DNA of 64,000 bases. Origin: a bacterium (GTDB lineage Bacteria; Acidobacteriota; Thermoanaerobaculia; Thermoanaerobaculales; Sulfomarinibacteraceae). Shown piece after piece: positions 21,049-30,285 of this stretch; the stretch's first letter is position 1; every line of letters starts with the position of its first letter. The translations under genes were made by a program, and so were the position numbers. The stretch is from contig JAAESQ010000672.1 in assembly GCA_024229275.1 (NCBI GenBank), forward strand, positions 163 through 64,162, given 5' to 3'. A model generated the notes under the pieces. The model saw only the letters and a program-made list of their open reading frames with translations. It searched no databases and was not told the origin of the DNA.

Positions 21049-22386
21049 CTAGCTGTCGAGTAGCGTCAGGAGTTCACCTTCGAGCTTCTCCGCGTCCCCG
21101 TCATTCCAGCCGAGGTGGTGGTACATAACTCGACCCTGGCGATCAATGAGGAACGAGGTTGGAAAGCCCTCTACCCTGAATACCTGGCTGACGACGTCGG
21201 CCTCGTCTTCACCCGTTTCAACGCACGTGAATCCAAGTCCTTCTTGTTGGATGAACTCCATCGCCCTTTCAGTCTCTCGCCTAGACTCGATTGCGATGAC
21301 CTCAAAGCCCTGATCTCGATACTTCTCCCAGAGTGACTGCAGTCGTGGCAACTCCACGAGGCAGCCACCTCAACCGGGGTTCCAGAACGCGATCATGATG
21401 ACCTTATCTGCCATCGAGGAAAGGCTCACCATTTCGCCGGCATAGTTGGGAAGTGTGAAATCATCGACCTTCTTCGCGATCTGCTGTCGAGCCGTCGACA
21501 GATAAGCGTCAAATCCATCCACCCTACCGTTGATCCCGATATACGCCTGCTCGAGATCATGCAGTGCGGTCTCGGAGTGTCCCATCACTGCATCGTGGAC
21601 AAGAAGTTTGGCTGCGCGCTCAGGTCTTCCGAGCAGGAGTTCGGCCTGGCCCCAGTACCGGTTGATCGGTGTTTCCGGCACACCGACATAGTTCGTCGAC
21701 GGCTCGATGGTCGCCGCATGTTCGAAAACCCGCTGCGCCTCTTCGAGTTGCCCGAGATGAGTCAAAGCTCCTCCCTGATAGGCAAGGGACCAAGCTCTGC
21801 GGCGATTGACCGCATGCTTGACTTCCCCATCGCTGAAGTCGTCCTCGGGGTAGTCGCCACGGAAGGTTTCTTCGGTTGCGAATAAAACCATCGCGGTTGA
21901 GTGTTCGAGCATCAACTGCCACGCGTCTGCTTTTGCCGCAGCTTCAACAATATCGAGATGATCGACGAATCGGAGTGTGCGGTGCGCTGCGATCTCTTCG
22001 GCAATCGAACGCAGATCTATTGGATTTCCCTCACTGGCGGCCAGTTCGTGGACCAGGAGGCCAACCTCGAAGCGTAGCTCGGGGTTTTGAATCTGACGCC
22101 AGACGTTCTCTGCGAATTCTCGCGTTCCCCCGAGATCATCGAGCTTGTGCCGGCGAAAGTAGATCGCGTCACGCAAGGCGCTCACACCCTCAGAGTAATC
22201 GGGATATTCGCCCACAAAACTCTCGAGGATCAGCAACTGCTCAGCAGGATCTTCGAGCGGAGCCAGCGTCTCGCGCATGTTCTTGTATGCGGTCTCAACT
22301 GGCAATGGGGTAACGCCCTCCGGGGTGCAGTGAGTTGTTGCTAGAACTCCGAATACTAGCGCTATCAAGGGGCCGCGAATATGCAT
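21049..22386 (-). CDS. Selenocysteine-containing TlpA/redoxin lipoprotein with helical TPR-like N-terminal region (UGA at 21370-21372 read as Sec; about 445 aa)
   Basis: ORFs 21370..22419 and 21049..21357 are in frame across a single TGA: IAFWNPG-U-GGC-LVELPRLQ...GFPTSFLIDRQG is a thioredoxin fold with UxxC and cis-Pro motif; lipoprotein-like signal ending ATTHC; RBS before ATG 22386. Confidence 0.85.
21333..21368 (-). promoter_or_regulatory. Bacterial SECIS-like hairpin
   Basis: mRNA: UGA-G-GUGGCUGC-C-UCGUGG-AGUUG-CCACGA-CU-GCAGUCAC; 8-bp and 6-bp stems, apical loop begins 16 nt after UGA and has G at position 2. Confidence 0.8.
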
Positions 22387-22515
22387 CACACCTTCCCTCC
22401 CGGACAATTCATCGTCCACCTAGATATGACACCGGCAGGCGGCAAAACGTTGCCAAATTCTTTTGCGGGCTCGATGGTTTCTGCGCTCTGATGCCTAAGA
22501 ATTTCGCAGGGTCTC

Positions 22516-22557
22516 TTGACCGAGGTCAAGGTGGCGAGGTGTCTGTGCACATACGAT
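22516..22557 (+). promoter_or_regulatory. FNR/CRP-family box TTGAC-N4-GTCAA with TACGAT -10 element (class II geometry)
   Basis: Palindrome 22516-22529 is centred at -41.5 if TACGAT 22552-22557 is the -10 hexamer. Confidence 0.6.
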
Positions 22558-22598
22558 AGGGGATGGAAGAAGGCTCTAGTCGTAGGGAGGGCAGGTTG

Positions 22599-23825
22599 AT
22601 GTTGAGACATACACATATCTTTGTAATAGTGCCGGTCCTAGTACTCATGGCCGGGGCGGCGTTTGCGGTGGAGTCCGAGTGTGAGGATTGCCACGCCAAG
22701 CTGACTCCGATGATCGTCAAAGATTTCAACCGAGGAGTCATGTCCGAATCCATGGGCTGCGCCGACTGTCATGGCGAGGGTCATACAGGGATGGAAGACG
22801 CCGACAAGGCGGAGTTGCCCACGATTGCAACCTGCCAGGCGTGCCACGAAGACCAAGCGCAGCGCTACATTGCTGGTAAGCACGCCAAGGGCTCGTTGGC
22901 GGTGCACGCTCTGCCGTTCTCGCATGGCCAGCCCGATGCCTTCATCGCGGGTCAACGCGGTTGTGGTGGATGCCACACCATGGGTCTTGCCACACAGGAG
23001 GATCGAAAGACTCCCTCTAGGGAGTATTACAAGTACGGCATGGACTGCCAGAACTGCCATACGCGACATGCCTTTTCGGTCGCGGAGGCCCGTGAGCCTG
23101 AGGCCTGTCAGACCTGCCACCAGGGCTTCGACCACCCGCAATGGGAAATGTGGTCGACTTCCAAGCATGGTGTGGCCTACCTCCTGGATCGCGAGGCAAA
23201 ACGTGGTCCGACATGCCAGACCTGTCACATGCCGGATGGTGACCACTTCGTGCGCACGCCTTGGGGCTTCCTTGGCGTTCGGCTTCCAGAAGACGACGAG
23301 GAGTGGATGGGCTATCGCACCACAATTCTCATGGGGCTTGGCGTGCTTGACGCCGAAGGACAGCCGACGCCGCTGCTCGAGATCGTCAAGATCGGCGATC
23401 TCGCACGCCTCGATGCCGAGACTTTCAATGCAGAGCGTAAGCGCATCACCGACACTTGTGGACAATGCCATTCGAAGAGCTTCTGGGAAGCCAACATCAA
23501 CGCTGCCGACGAAATGCTGAAAGAGGCCGACAAGATCTTTGCCGAAGCCATCAATATCGTTGCCGGCTTGCGAAAAGACGGCGTGATCAAGGTCAAGGAG
23601 GGCGAAGGTGTATATCCGCAGTTGCTTTCCTTCTACGAAGTCGATACCGCTGTAGAACAGCACCTCTACGACATATTCATGGATTACCGTATGAAAACCT
23701 TCCAGGGCGCTTTCCATATCAACCCTGACTACACGACCTGGTATGGCTACGCCAAGATGAAACAGGCGCTTGCCGAAATCAAAGAACTGGACCATCAGAT
23801 GAGGGCGGCGGCCTCTGACGGCTGA
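22599..23825 (+). CDS. Periplasmic octaheme cytochrome c, hydroxylamine oxidoreductase (HAO) family
   Basis: Signal peptide (AFA); 8 CxxCH motifs; CHTRHAFS, GFDHPQWE, HINPDY..WYG motifs; GGGAGG RBS. Confidence 0.85.
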   Translation: MLRHTHIFVIVPVLVLMAGAAFAVESECEDCHAKLTPMIVKDFNRGVMSESMGCADCHGEGHTGMEDADKAELPTIATCQACHEDQAQRYIAGKHAKGSLAVHALPFSHGQPDAFIAGQRGCGGCHTMGLATQEDRKTPSREYYKYGMDCQNCHTRHAFSVAEAREPEACQTCHQGFDHPQWEMWSTSKHGVAYLLDREAKRGPTCQTCHMPDGDHFVRTPWGFLGVRLPEDDEEWMGYRTTILMGLGVLDAEGQPTPLLEIVKIGDLARLDAETFNAERKRITDTCGQCHSKSFWEANINAADEMLKEADKIFAEAINIVAGLRKDGVIKVKEGEGVYPQLLSFYEVDTAVEQHLYDIFMDYRMKTFQGAFHINPDYTTWYGYAKMKQALAEIKELDHQMRAAASDG

Positions 23826-23896
23826 TCGTCAACGCTGTGTGAATTGACGCCGGGGGGCGTCGGCGAGGGGAGAGGTGCGAATCCGGGGCTGTGATT

Positions 23897-23943
23897 GTGG
23901 CTGTTGGCAGTCGAATGGGCTGCCGACGGCCACCTCTTTTTTT
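23897..23943 (+). terminator. Rho-independent terminator after the octaheme gene
   Basis: 16-bp stem GTGGCTGTTGGCAGTC / GGCTGCCGACGGCCAC (with GU pairs) followed by CTCTTTTTTT. Confidence 0.75.
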
Positions 23944-24194
23944 AGGGAGGGGGTGACAGCGGGAGGGTGCGTAGGCGCGCGACTTTCGCGCGCCCCCAGC
24001 GCCAATGAACTTGGGAGAGGCGTTTGGTCGCTGTTCGCCTCGGGGGTTGCGGACAGAGGCAGAAGCAGATGGCAGATTCAGGGTCCAGAATGCACAAGTG
24101 TCCCCGGTCCCAGATTAGGCAATGCTGAAGACCCCGCAGTATTCAAGAAACGTCACAGCTATAATTCCCTGTGCGAGGGATCGCTGGGGGGATA

Positions 24195-26234
24195 TTGGCT
24201 GAGGGGACCTGGTACACAACAGGTTGTCCGCGCAACTGCTACAGCACGTGCAGTATGCGGGTGGAGGTGCGAGACGGTCAGCTTCGGCGAATCGAGGCGA
24301 ATCCGGACAATCTTGCAACTCCTGAGGGTGTTTGCCTGAAAGGCCTGGCCTACATTGAACGAGTCAACGATCCGGATCGACTCCTGCATCCGCTGGGTCG
24401 CAACTCCAGCGGTCGGCTGCAGCAAATCTCCTGGGATGAAGCCCTAGATCGAATTTGCGCCAAGTTGGCGGCTCTGCAGGCCGAACCTCAATCGGTGATG
24501 GCCTACACCGGCAGTGGCACCAAGGGACTTCTCAACGATGTCACCTGGGCCTTCTGGCGCCTGTACGGGGGATACACGACGAGCTACGGTGACCTCTGCT
24601 GGCCAGCCGGACTCGAAGCTACTCGATTGACGCTCGGCGACAATCGGCACTCGGCGCCTTGGGATCTCGCCAACGCCAGGCTGATCGTGTTCTGGGGCAA
24701 GAATCCAGCCGAAACCAATATTCATCAGATGCGCTTTGTTGAGCAGGCGGTTGAGAACGGTGCAAAGCTCGTCGTCATAGACCCGAGACGCACGGAGACA
24801 TCCCAAGGCGCGGACCTTCTGATTCAACCAAAACCCGGAACGGATGGTGCACTGGCGCTCGGCATCGCCAACCAACTCTTTCAGGAGAACCTAGTACAAC
24901 GCGATTTTGTCGAGCGGCACGTGCATGGGCACGAAGCATTTGCCGAACTCGCTGCGGAGTTTCCACTCGAGCGAGCCGCCGAGATCACTGGCGTACCAGC
25001 GCCGTTTATCCGCGAGCTAGCAGATCTTCTGGGCTCCGTGGAACCGGCCACAATCTGCGCCGGTTTCGGTATGCAGCGTTATACCAACAGTGGCCAGACC
25101 ATGCGTGCCATTCTCGCCCTACTCGCTCTGACCGGAAATATCGGTCGCGCCGGCGCGGGATGGGTCTACGCCAATCTCCAAAGCCAAGTGTTTGCACCGG
25201 TTAAGGACCCATTTGCATTTTATCCACCGGAACAAGCGGACGGCGTCGCCCGAGTCAGTGTTTCAACCTCACGCCTTGGTGAGGACATGATGCGCCAGGC
25301 AGACCCCCGCCTGCGCATGATCTGGGTAGAGCGTGGAAATCCCTTGACCCAGAACCCGCACACCGCTCGTGTGGCCGAGGCATTTCGTAGCCTTGAGTTT
25401 CGGGTCGTGGTCGATCAGTTCCTCACCGACACGGCGCGCGAGGCTGACATCGTGCTCCCGGCCAAGACGATGTTCGAGCAGAGCGATGTGATCAACGCCT
25501 ACTGGCATCCGTACATTCAGCTCAAACAGAAGATGATCGAACCACCGGGTGAGGTGAAACCAGAGAGTGAGGTCTACTGGTTGTTGGCCGAGCGGCTTGG
25601 ATTCGAGCCAGGAGAAGTGGCTTCGAAGATCCCTGGGGCAAGCGAGGCTGAAGTCGATGCGTACCTGGAGCGCCGGCTGCAAGCGATTCCAGGACTGACA
25701 CTTGATCGCCTGCGACAGGGTCCGATCGAAGTCCCCGGACACGAGGTCGTGGCGTGGTCCGACCTGGAATTCGCGACACCGACAGGCAAGATAGAGCTCG
25801 CTTCGACCGAAGCCTCGACGCGTTGGGGAGTCGCCGAACTGCCGCGCTGGGAGCCTCCAGAGGAGGTTGAGTCCAGCACATCTCCCATCAGGTTGCTCAC
25901 ACCCAACACAAAGAACCGAATCCACAGTCAGTTTGGTAATTTGCCGTCGATTCGCGAACTCGAGGACGAGGCTGTCATACACGTGTCTCCTGCCGATGCG
26001 GAATCACGAGGCATTGAAAGTGGCGACAGAGTCCAGGTAATCAACGATCGTGGCGCACTCGAGTTCACCGTAGCTCTCGATGTAAGCCTTCGATCCGGAT
26101 GTGCCTGGGTGACGAACGGCTGGTGGCGTCGGCGGGGTGGTTCGGTGAACGAGCTCTCACTGGGGCGAGAAACCGACATGGGTCATGGCGCGGCATTTCA
26201 CGACAATCTCGTCGAGATCGTGAAACTGCCGTGA
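24195..26234 (+). CDS. Molybdopterin (bis-MGD) oxidoreductase catalytic subunit, no Tat signal
   Basis: CPRNCYSTC...C 4Fe-4S motif, WGKNP, IDPRRTET, PGTDGALA, DQFLTDTA.ADIVLPA, C-terminal MGD-binding domain; TATAAT at 24160-24165. Confidence 0.9.
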   Translation: MAEGTWYTTGCPRNCYSTCSMRVEVRDGQLRRIEANPDNLATPEGVCLKGLAYIERVNDPDRLLHPLGRNSSGRLQQISWDEALDRICAKLAALQAEPQSVMAYTGSGTKGLLNDVTWAFWRLYGGYTTSYGDLCWPAGLEATRLTLGDNRHSAPWDLANARLIVFWGKNPAETNIHQMRFVEQAVENGAKLVVIDPRRTETSQGADLLIQPKPGTDGALALGIANQLFQENLVQRDFVERHVHGHEAFAELAAEFPLERAAEITGVPAPFIRELADLLGSVEPATICAGFGMQRYTNSGQTMRAILALLALTGNIGRAGAGWVYANLQSQVFAPVKDPFAFYPPEQADGVARVSVSTSRLGEDMMRQADPRLRMIWVERGNPLTQNPHTARVAEAFRSLEFRVVVDQFLTDTAREADIVLPAKTMFEQSDVINAYWHPYIQLKQKMIEPPGEVKPESEVYWLLAERLGFEPGEVASKIPGASEAEVDAYLERRLQAIPGLTLDRLRQGPIEVPGHEVVAWSDLEFATPTGKIELASTEASTRWGVAELPRWEPPEEVESSTSPIRLLTPNTKNRIHSQFGNLPSIRELEDEAVIHVSPADAESRGIESGDRVQVINDRGALEFTVALDVSLRSGCAWVTNGWWRRRGGSVNELSLGRETDMGHGAAFHDNLVEIVKLP

Positions 26235-27562
26235 GCCGTCACAGCTTTACCCTAGACCTCAACCGGTGCACTGGATGTTCTGCGTGCCGTCTCGCGTGTA
26301 CGATCGAAAACCAGATCGAGCCTGCGCGGGCGTGGCGAACGGTCTACACCTTCAATAGCACGAACGATGCAGCGATTGGCGTTCACCATCTCTCACTAGC
26401 TTGCAATCACTGCGAACAGCCATCCTGTCTCAAAGCCTGTCCGGCAAAAGCATATCGGCGAGATGAAGAGACCGGCGCCGTGCTGTTGGATCGTGAACTC
26501 TGTCTGGGCTGTCGCTACTGCAGCTGGGTCTGTCCCTACGGTGCGCCGCACTGGGACGCCGAGTGCGGGGTGATGGACAAATGCACGTTCTGCGTCGACC
26601 GCTTACGGGAGGGGAAAGATCCCGCATGCGTCGCCGCGTGTCCGGTCGATGCGTTGGGAGTTGAAGACTGGATCTGCAGGGAGTCAGAACAGAATCGATG
26701 CGCTGGATTCCCGGACACAGGAATCGGACCCGCGATCGCGATTTGCCAGCGGCGTAGCGGCGTCGAGCCTCCGCGGATGAGTTCGAAGCATGGACGCCTT
26801 CAATCCAAAGCGAGACAGCCTCTCCCTGGACTATTTCAGCTTGTTTCGGAGTGGAGTTTGCTTGTATTTTCGCTGGTGGCCATCCTGCTGGTTGGAGCCT
26901 TCACATCATCTGTGGCGTCGGGATCAAGTGTTTGGCTCATTCCTTTTGCCCTCGCTGGAATTGCGGCTCTCGGTATCAGCATTTCCCATCTCGGCAATCC
27001 GCGGAATCTCCTTCGAGCGGGCCTCAATTTGAGAACGTCTTGGGTGAGCCGCGAAATTGTCCTGTTCTCACTCTTCTTCTGGGGAGCGATTGGACTCGCG
27101 GCTGTTCCAAGCGTGCATGCGACGGCGAGATGGGTTCTGGCGGCGGTTGGGATCGCTTCGCTGGTTGCGATGGACATGGTCTACCAGGTGAGAGGTCAGC
27201 GGATTCGCGCCGTGCCGCACAGCGCGATGGCTACGCTGAGCTTCGTTCTGGTCATAGGCGTACTCACGGCTTCTTGGCCGCTGGTCTTTGCTGCGATCGG
27301 GGTCAAGGCCATCCTCTATGGCCTCCGCCGCGTGCACGGCCCGCGCGAAGGCTGGATTATGCGATCGTTTCTACCCATCCACCGAGTCGGTGTCGGATTC
27401 GTCGTGCCACTGGTTGTCTGGGGAGTGACGGCTCAGCTCCTGCATCCTATGGCGATCCTGGCTCTCGTCGTGGGGGAAGTTCTCGATCGCGCCGAGTTCT
27501 ACGCAGAGCTCCAGTTCCTCGAGCCAAACCTTCAGATCGAAAGAGATCTTAAAAAAACTTAG
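26231..27562 (+). CDS. Fused DmsB-like 4x[4Fe-4S] electron-transfer subunit and DmsC-like membrane anchor
   Basis: CTGCSAC, CNHCEQPSC..ACP, CLGCRYC..VCP, KCTFC..C..ACP, then multiple TM helices with SHLG and SWVSRE; GTGA overlap with upstream gene. Confidence 0.88.
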   Translation: MSRHSFTLDLNRCTGCSACRLACTIENQIEPARAWRTVYTFNSTNDAAIGVHHLSLACNHCEQPSCLKACPAKAYRRDEETGAVLLDRELCLGCRYCSWVCPYGAPHWDAECGVMDKCTFCVDRLREGKDPACVAACPVDALGVEDWICRESEQNRCAGFPDTGIGPAIAICQRRSGVEPPRMSSKHGRLQSKARQPLPGLFQLVSEWSLLVFSLVAILLVGAFTSSVASGSSVWLIPFALAGIAALGISISHLGNPRNLLRAGLNLRTSWVSREIVLFSLFFWGAIGLAAVPSVHATARWVLAAVGIASLVAMDMVYQVRGQRIRAVPHSAMATLSFVLVIGVLTASWPLVFAAIGVKAILYGLRRVHGPREGWIMRSFLPIHRVGVGFVVPLVVWGVTAQLLHPMAILALVVGEVLDRAEFYAELQFLEPNLQIERDLKKT

Positions 27563-27654
27563 TAAAGCATACGAGTTGAAAGTCTTTCCGGCAGGAGTAG
27601 GCTGAGGGAAGCCTGCAACGGGGAACCATCCAGTAGGCCAACCGGGAGGTGAAT

Positions 27655-28908
27655 ATGTCGCAAAGAAGCCTGATTGTCTTTGGGCTGGTGCTGGCGATTG
27701 CAGTGCCGGGTGCCACTCAGGAGGAACCGCTGGCGTTGACCGGCGCAACAATTCTGACTGTCACGCAAGGGACGATCGAGAATGGAACGGTGCTGATCCA
27801 TGACGGAAAGCTGGCGGCTCTGGGAGCGAATGTCAGCGTTCCGGATGGCGCACGCGTGATCGACGTCAACGGTCGCTTTGTGATGCCCGGCATTATTGAT
27901 GCGCACAGCCACATCGCACTCGGCCGCGAAATCAATGAAATGACGTCTCCGCTGACACCGCAAGTCAACATGGCGGATGCCCTCGTGCTCGACGATCTCG
28001 CGATCTATCGCGCACTGGCTGGGGGTGTGACCGCAACCAAATTGATGCATGGCTCAGCGAACGTTATCGGCGGTGTGAACATCACTGTCAAGCTCAATCG
28101 AGCCTCGACAATTGAAGGAATGCGGATCGCAGATGCACGACCACAGATCAAGATGGCCTTGGGTGAGAACCCGATGCGACTCTATGGCAGCAAGAACCTG
28201 AGCCCCGCAACCCGGCCCGCGGAATTCGCCTTGATGCGTCAGATTTTCTTCGATGCCCAGGCCTACACGGCGAAGTGGAAGAGTTATGAAGATAAGGTTG
28301 AAAAGGGCGAGGAAGCAAAGCCGCCAAAGCGAGATCTGAAACTCGATACGCTTGCAGCCGTGCTCGCCGGAGAGATAGCGATCGACTGTCATGCCTACGT
28401 AGCTCAAGAGATTCTCACGCTACTTCGCGTCGTGGATGAGTTCAATCTTCCGTTGGTGGCGATCAGTCACGGACTCGATGCTTACAAGGTGCGCGACAAG
28501 ATCGCGGGTCGTGGCATCAGTCTGCTGACTCACACCGACTGGTGGGGATACAAATGGGAGGCCTACGACTCAATTCCCTATGGACCGGAGATGCTGATGC
28601 GGGCCGGCATCAACACGGCGATCGTCAGCGACAGCGGCGACGTCATGCGTCGCCTCAACCGAGAGGTTGCCAAGCTGCAGAGCTACAGCGAATTGAGCGA
28701 CGACGAAGCTCTGGCGATGATCACGATCAACGCTGCGCGCGCCCTCGAGGTAGAGCACCGAACGGGTTCTCTTGAGGTCGGTAAAGACGCTGACATCGCA
28801 GTGTTTGAGAACCATCCCCTGAGCGGCACAGCAAAATGCGTGCTGACGCTCGTCGACGGCGAGGTGCTCTTCGATGCAGCACATCCCGACAATTCGATGG
28901 TTCGATAG
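27655..28908 (+). CDS. Secreted metal-dependent amidohydrolase
   Basis: Signal peptide; MPGIIDAHSH, KMALGENP, SDS, TINAA..L, GSLEVGKDAD. Confidence 0.88.
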   Translation: MSQRSLIVFGLVLAIAVPGATQEEPLALTGATILTVTQGTIENGTVLIHDGKLAALGANVSVPDGARVIDVNGRFVMPGIIDAHSHIALGREINEMTSPLTPQVNMADALVLDDLAIYRALAGGVTATKLMHGSANVIGGVNITVKLNRASTIEGMRIADARPQIKMALGENPMRLYGSKNLSPATRPAEFALMRQIFFDAQAYTAKWKSYEDKVEKGEEAKPPKRDLKLDTLAAVLAGEIAIDCHAYVAQEILTLLRVVDEFNLPLVAISHGLDAYKVRDKIAGRGISLLTHTDWWGYKWEAYDSIPYGPEMLMRAGINTAIVSDSGDVMRRLNREVAKLQSYSELSDDEALAMITINAARALEVEHRTGSLEVGKDADIAVFENHPLSGTAKCVLTLVDGEVLFDAAHPDNSMVR

Positions 28909-28920
28909 GGAGGTGACACG

Positions 28921-30192
28921 ATGAAAACAGCATTTCTCACATCAATCGTTTCCATTTTGCTACTCACTTCGGCCGCCGCGGCGCCAGGGGATTCGACGGC
29001 GATCGTCGGCGGCAAGATCGTCATTGGCGACGGCACGGTGATCGACGGCGGAACGGTGGTCATCAGCGGTGATCGAATCGTCACCGTCAGCGCAGATCCG
29101 GACGTCCCAAGCTCGGCAACAATCATCGACGCGACCGGCAAAGAGGTTTGGCCCGGACTCATTGATCCCTACACCACGCTCGGGCTTGTCGAAGTCAGCT
29201 CGGACCGGATGAACAACGATGCCAATGAACGGACCTCGACGAATACTGCACAACTGCGTGCGCTCGACGGAATCAATCCCGACGCTGAGCCAATCGCAGT
29301 GACTCGAATCGCGGGGGTCACAACGGTTCTGGTGTCCCCAGGAGACAGGAATCCGATCAACGGACAGGCCCTGGTGATCAACCTGTTAGGTCGCTCCGTA
29401 GATGACATGGTTGTCGGTGGAGCAGAGGCTCTTGTTGTTAATTTTTCTTCGACGCGCGATGGCAAATACCCGAGTACTCGTCCGGGCACTGTGGCGATGA
29501 TTCGGCAGACGTTGTATGACGCGAAGGCCTACGGTGAAGCAAAGAAGGCACCGAAGAAGGACAAGGATGACGCGGATTCGGATCGAAAGGAAACGCAAAA
29601 GACTGACCTGGCCAACGAGACGCTGTTGCGAGCGCTGTCGGGCGAATTGCCCGTCGTCGCGAGGGCGCCGCAGGCGAGAGACATTCGAAATGCGCTTGCC
29701 GTGGCCAAGGAGTTCGATCTCGATCTGATTCTGTACGACACGCGCGAAGCATGGAAGGTTCTCGAAGACATCAAGGCAGCCAAGGTGCCAGTTTTATTGA
29801 AGAACACGTTCGATCAGCCCTCGGATCGTGAGCAGTACGACCGCTACTATGCGCTTGCAGGATTGCTTGCTGAGAACGGCATTGAGTTTGCGTTCACGAC
29901 CGGCTCGAATCACAACGTGAGGCAGTTACCGGATCATGCAGCGATGGCAATTACCTACGGCCTCGACGAGGAGACGGCGATGCGTGCCGTGGCGTTGAAC
30001 TCCGCTGGAATTTTCGGAATTGACGAAAGCCACGGAAGTCTTACCGAGGGTAAGGTTGCCAACGTCGTGATCTGGGACGGCAGCCCGTTCGACCTCAGAA
30101 GCAAGCCGACGGCAGTGTTCATCGATGGCGAAGAGATCAAACTCGAGAGCCGGCAGGAGAGGCTTCGGGATCGGTTCACTGAACTTGAATGA
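28921..30192 (+). CDS. Secreted amidohydrolase-family paralogue lacking the HxH metal motif
   Basis: Signal peptide; PGLIDPYTTLG in place of PGxIDxHxH; GSLTEGKVAN. Confidence 0.82.
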   Translation: MKTAFLTSIVSILLLTSAAAAPGDSTAIVGGKIVIGDGTVIDGGTVVISGDRIVTVSADPDVPSSATIIDATGKEVWPGLIDPYTTLGLVEVSSDRMNNDANERTSTNTAQLRALDGINPDAEPIAVTRIAGVTTVLVSPGDRNPINGQALVINLLGRSVDDMVVGGAEALVVNFSSTRDGKYPSTRPGTVAMIRQTLYDAKAYGEAKKAPKKDKDDADSDRKETQKTDLANETLLRALSGELPVVARAPQARDIRNALAVAKEFDLDLILYDTREAWKVLEDIKAAKVPVLLKNTFDQPSDREQYDRYYALAGLLAENGIEFAFTTGSNHNVRQLPDHAAMAITYGLDEETAMRAVALNSAGIFGIDESHGSLTEGKVANVVIWDGSPFDLRSKPTAVFIDGEEIKLESRQERLRDRFTELE

Positions 30193-30209
30193 GTGAAATA
30201 GCGCCGGTA

Positions 30210-30234
30210 CGGACGCGGACGACATCCGCGTCCG
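30210..30234. terminator. Hairpin between convergent genes
   Basis: CGGACGCGGA-CGACA-TCCGCGTCCG perfect 10-bp stem, no clear U-tract. Confidence 0.5.
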
Positions 30235-30285
30235 ACGGCTCTGCAGGAGACAGCCTGGTTATAGTGAGCAGCTTTGGTGCGCCTG

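Noticed and set aside
21049-21357. 102-aa ORF as an independent gene, or the locus as a pseudogene
   Set aside because: It starts just after the redox motif and lacks an RBS. The TGA position and adjacent hairpin fit Sec read-through better.
22441-22456. Possible sigma54 promoter (TGGCA...TTGC)
   Set aside because: GG-to-GC spacing is 9 nt on both strands, not the required 10.
22638-23795. Long antisense ORF (385 aa), and similar ones such as 7381..8538
   Set aside because: Shadow frames of well-supported genes in GC-rich DNA, with no motifs.
23944-24194. Moco/tungsten riboswitch ahead of the molybdoenzyme
   Set aside because: I could not find the characteristic Moco RNA motifs, and the structured part lies upstream of the best -10 element.
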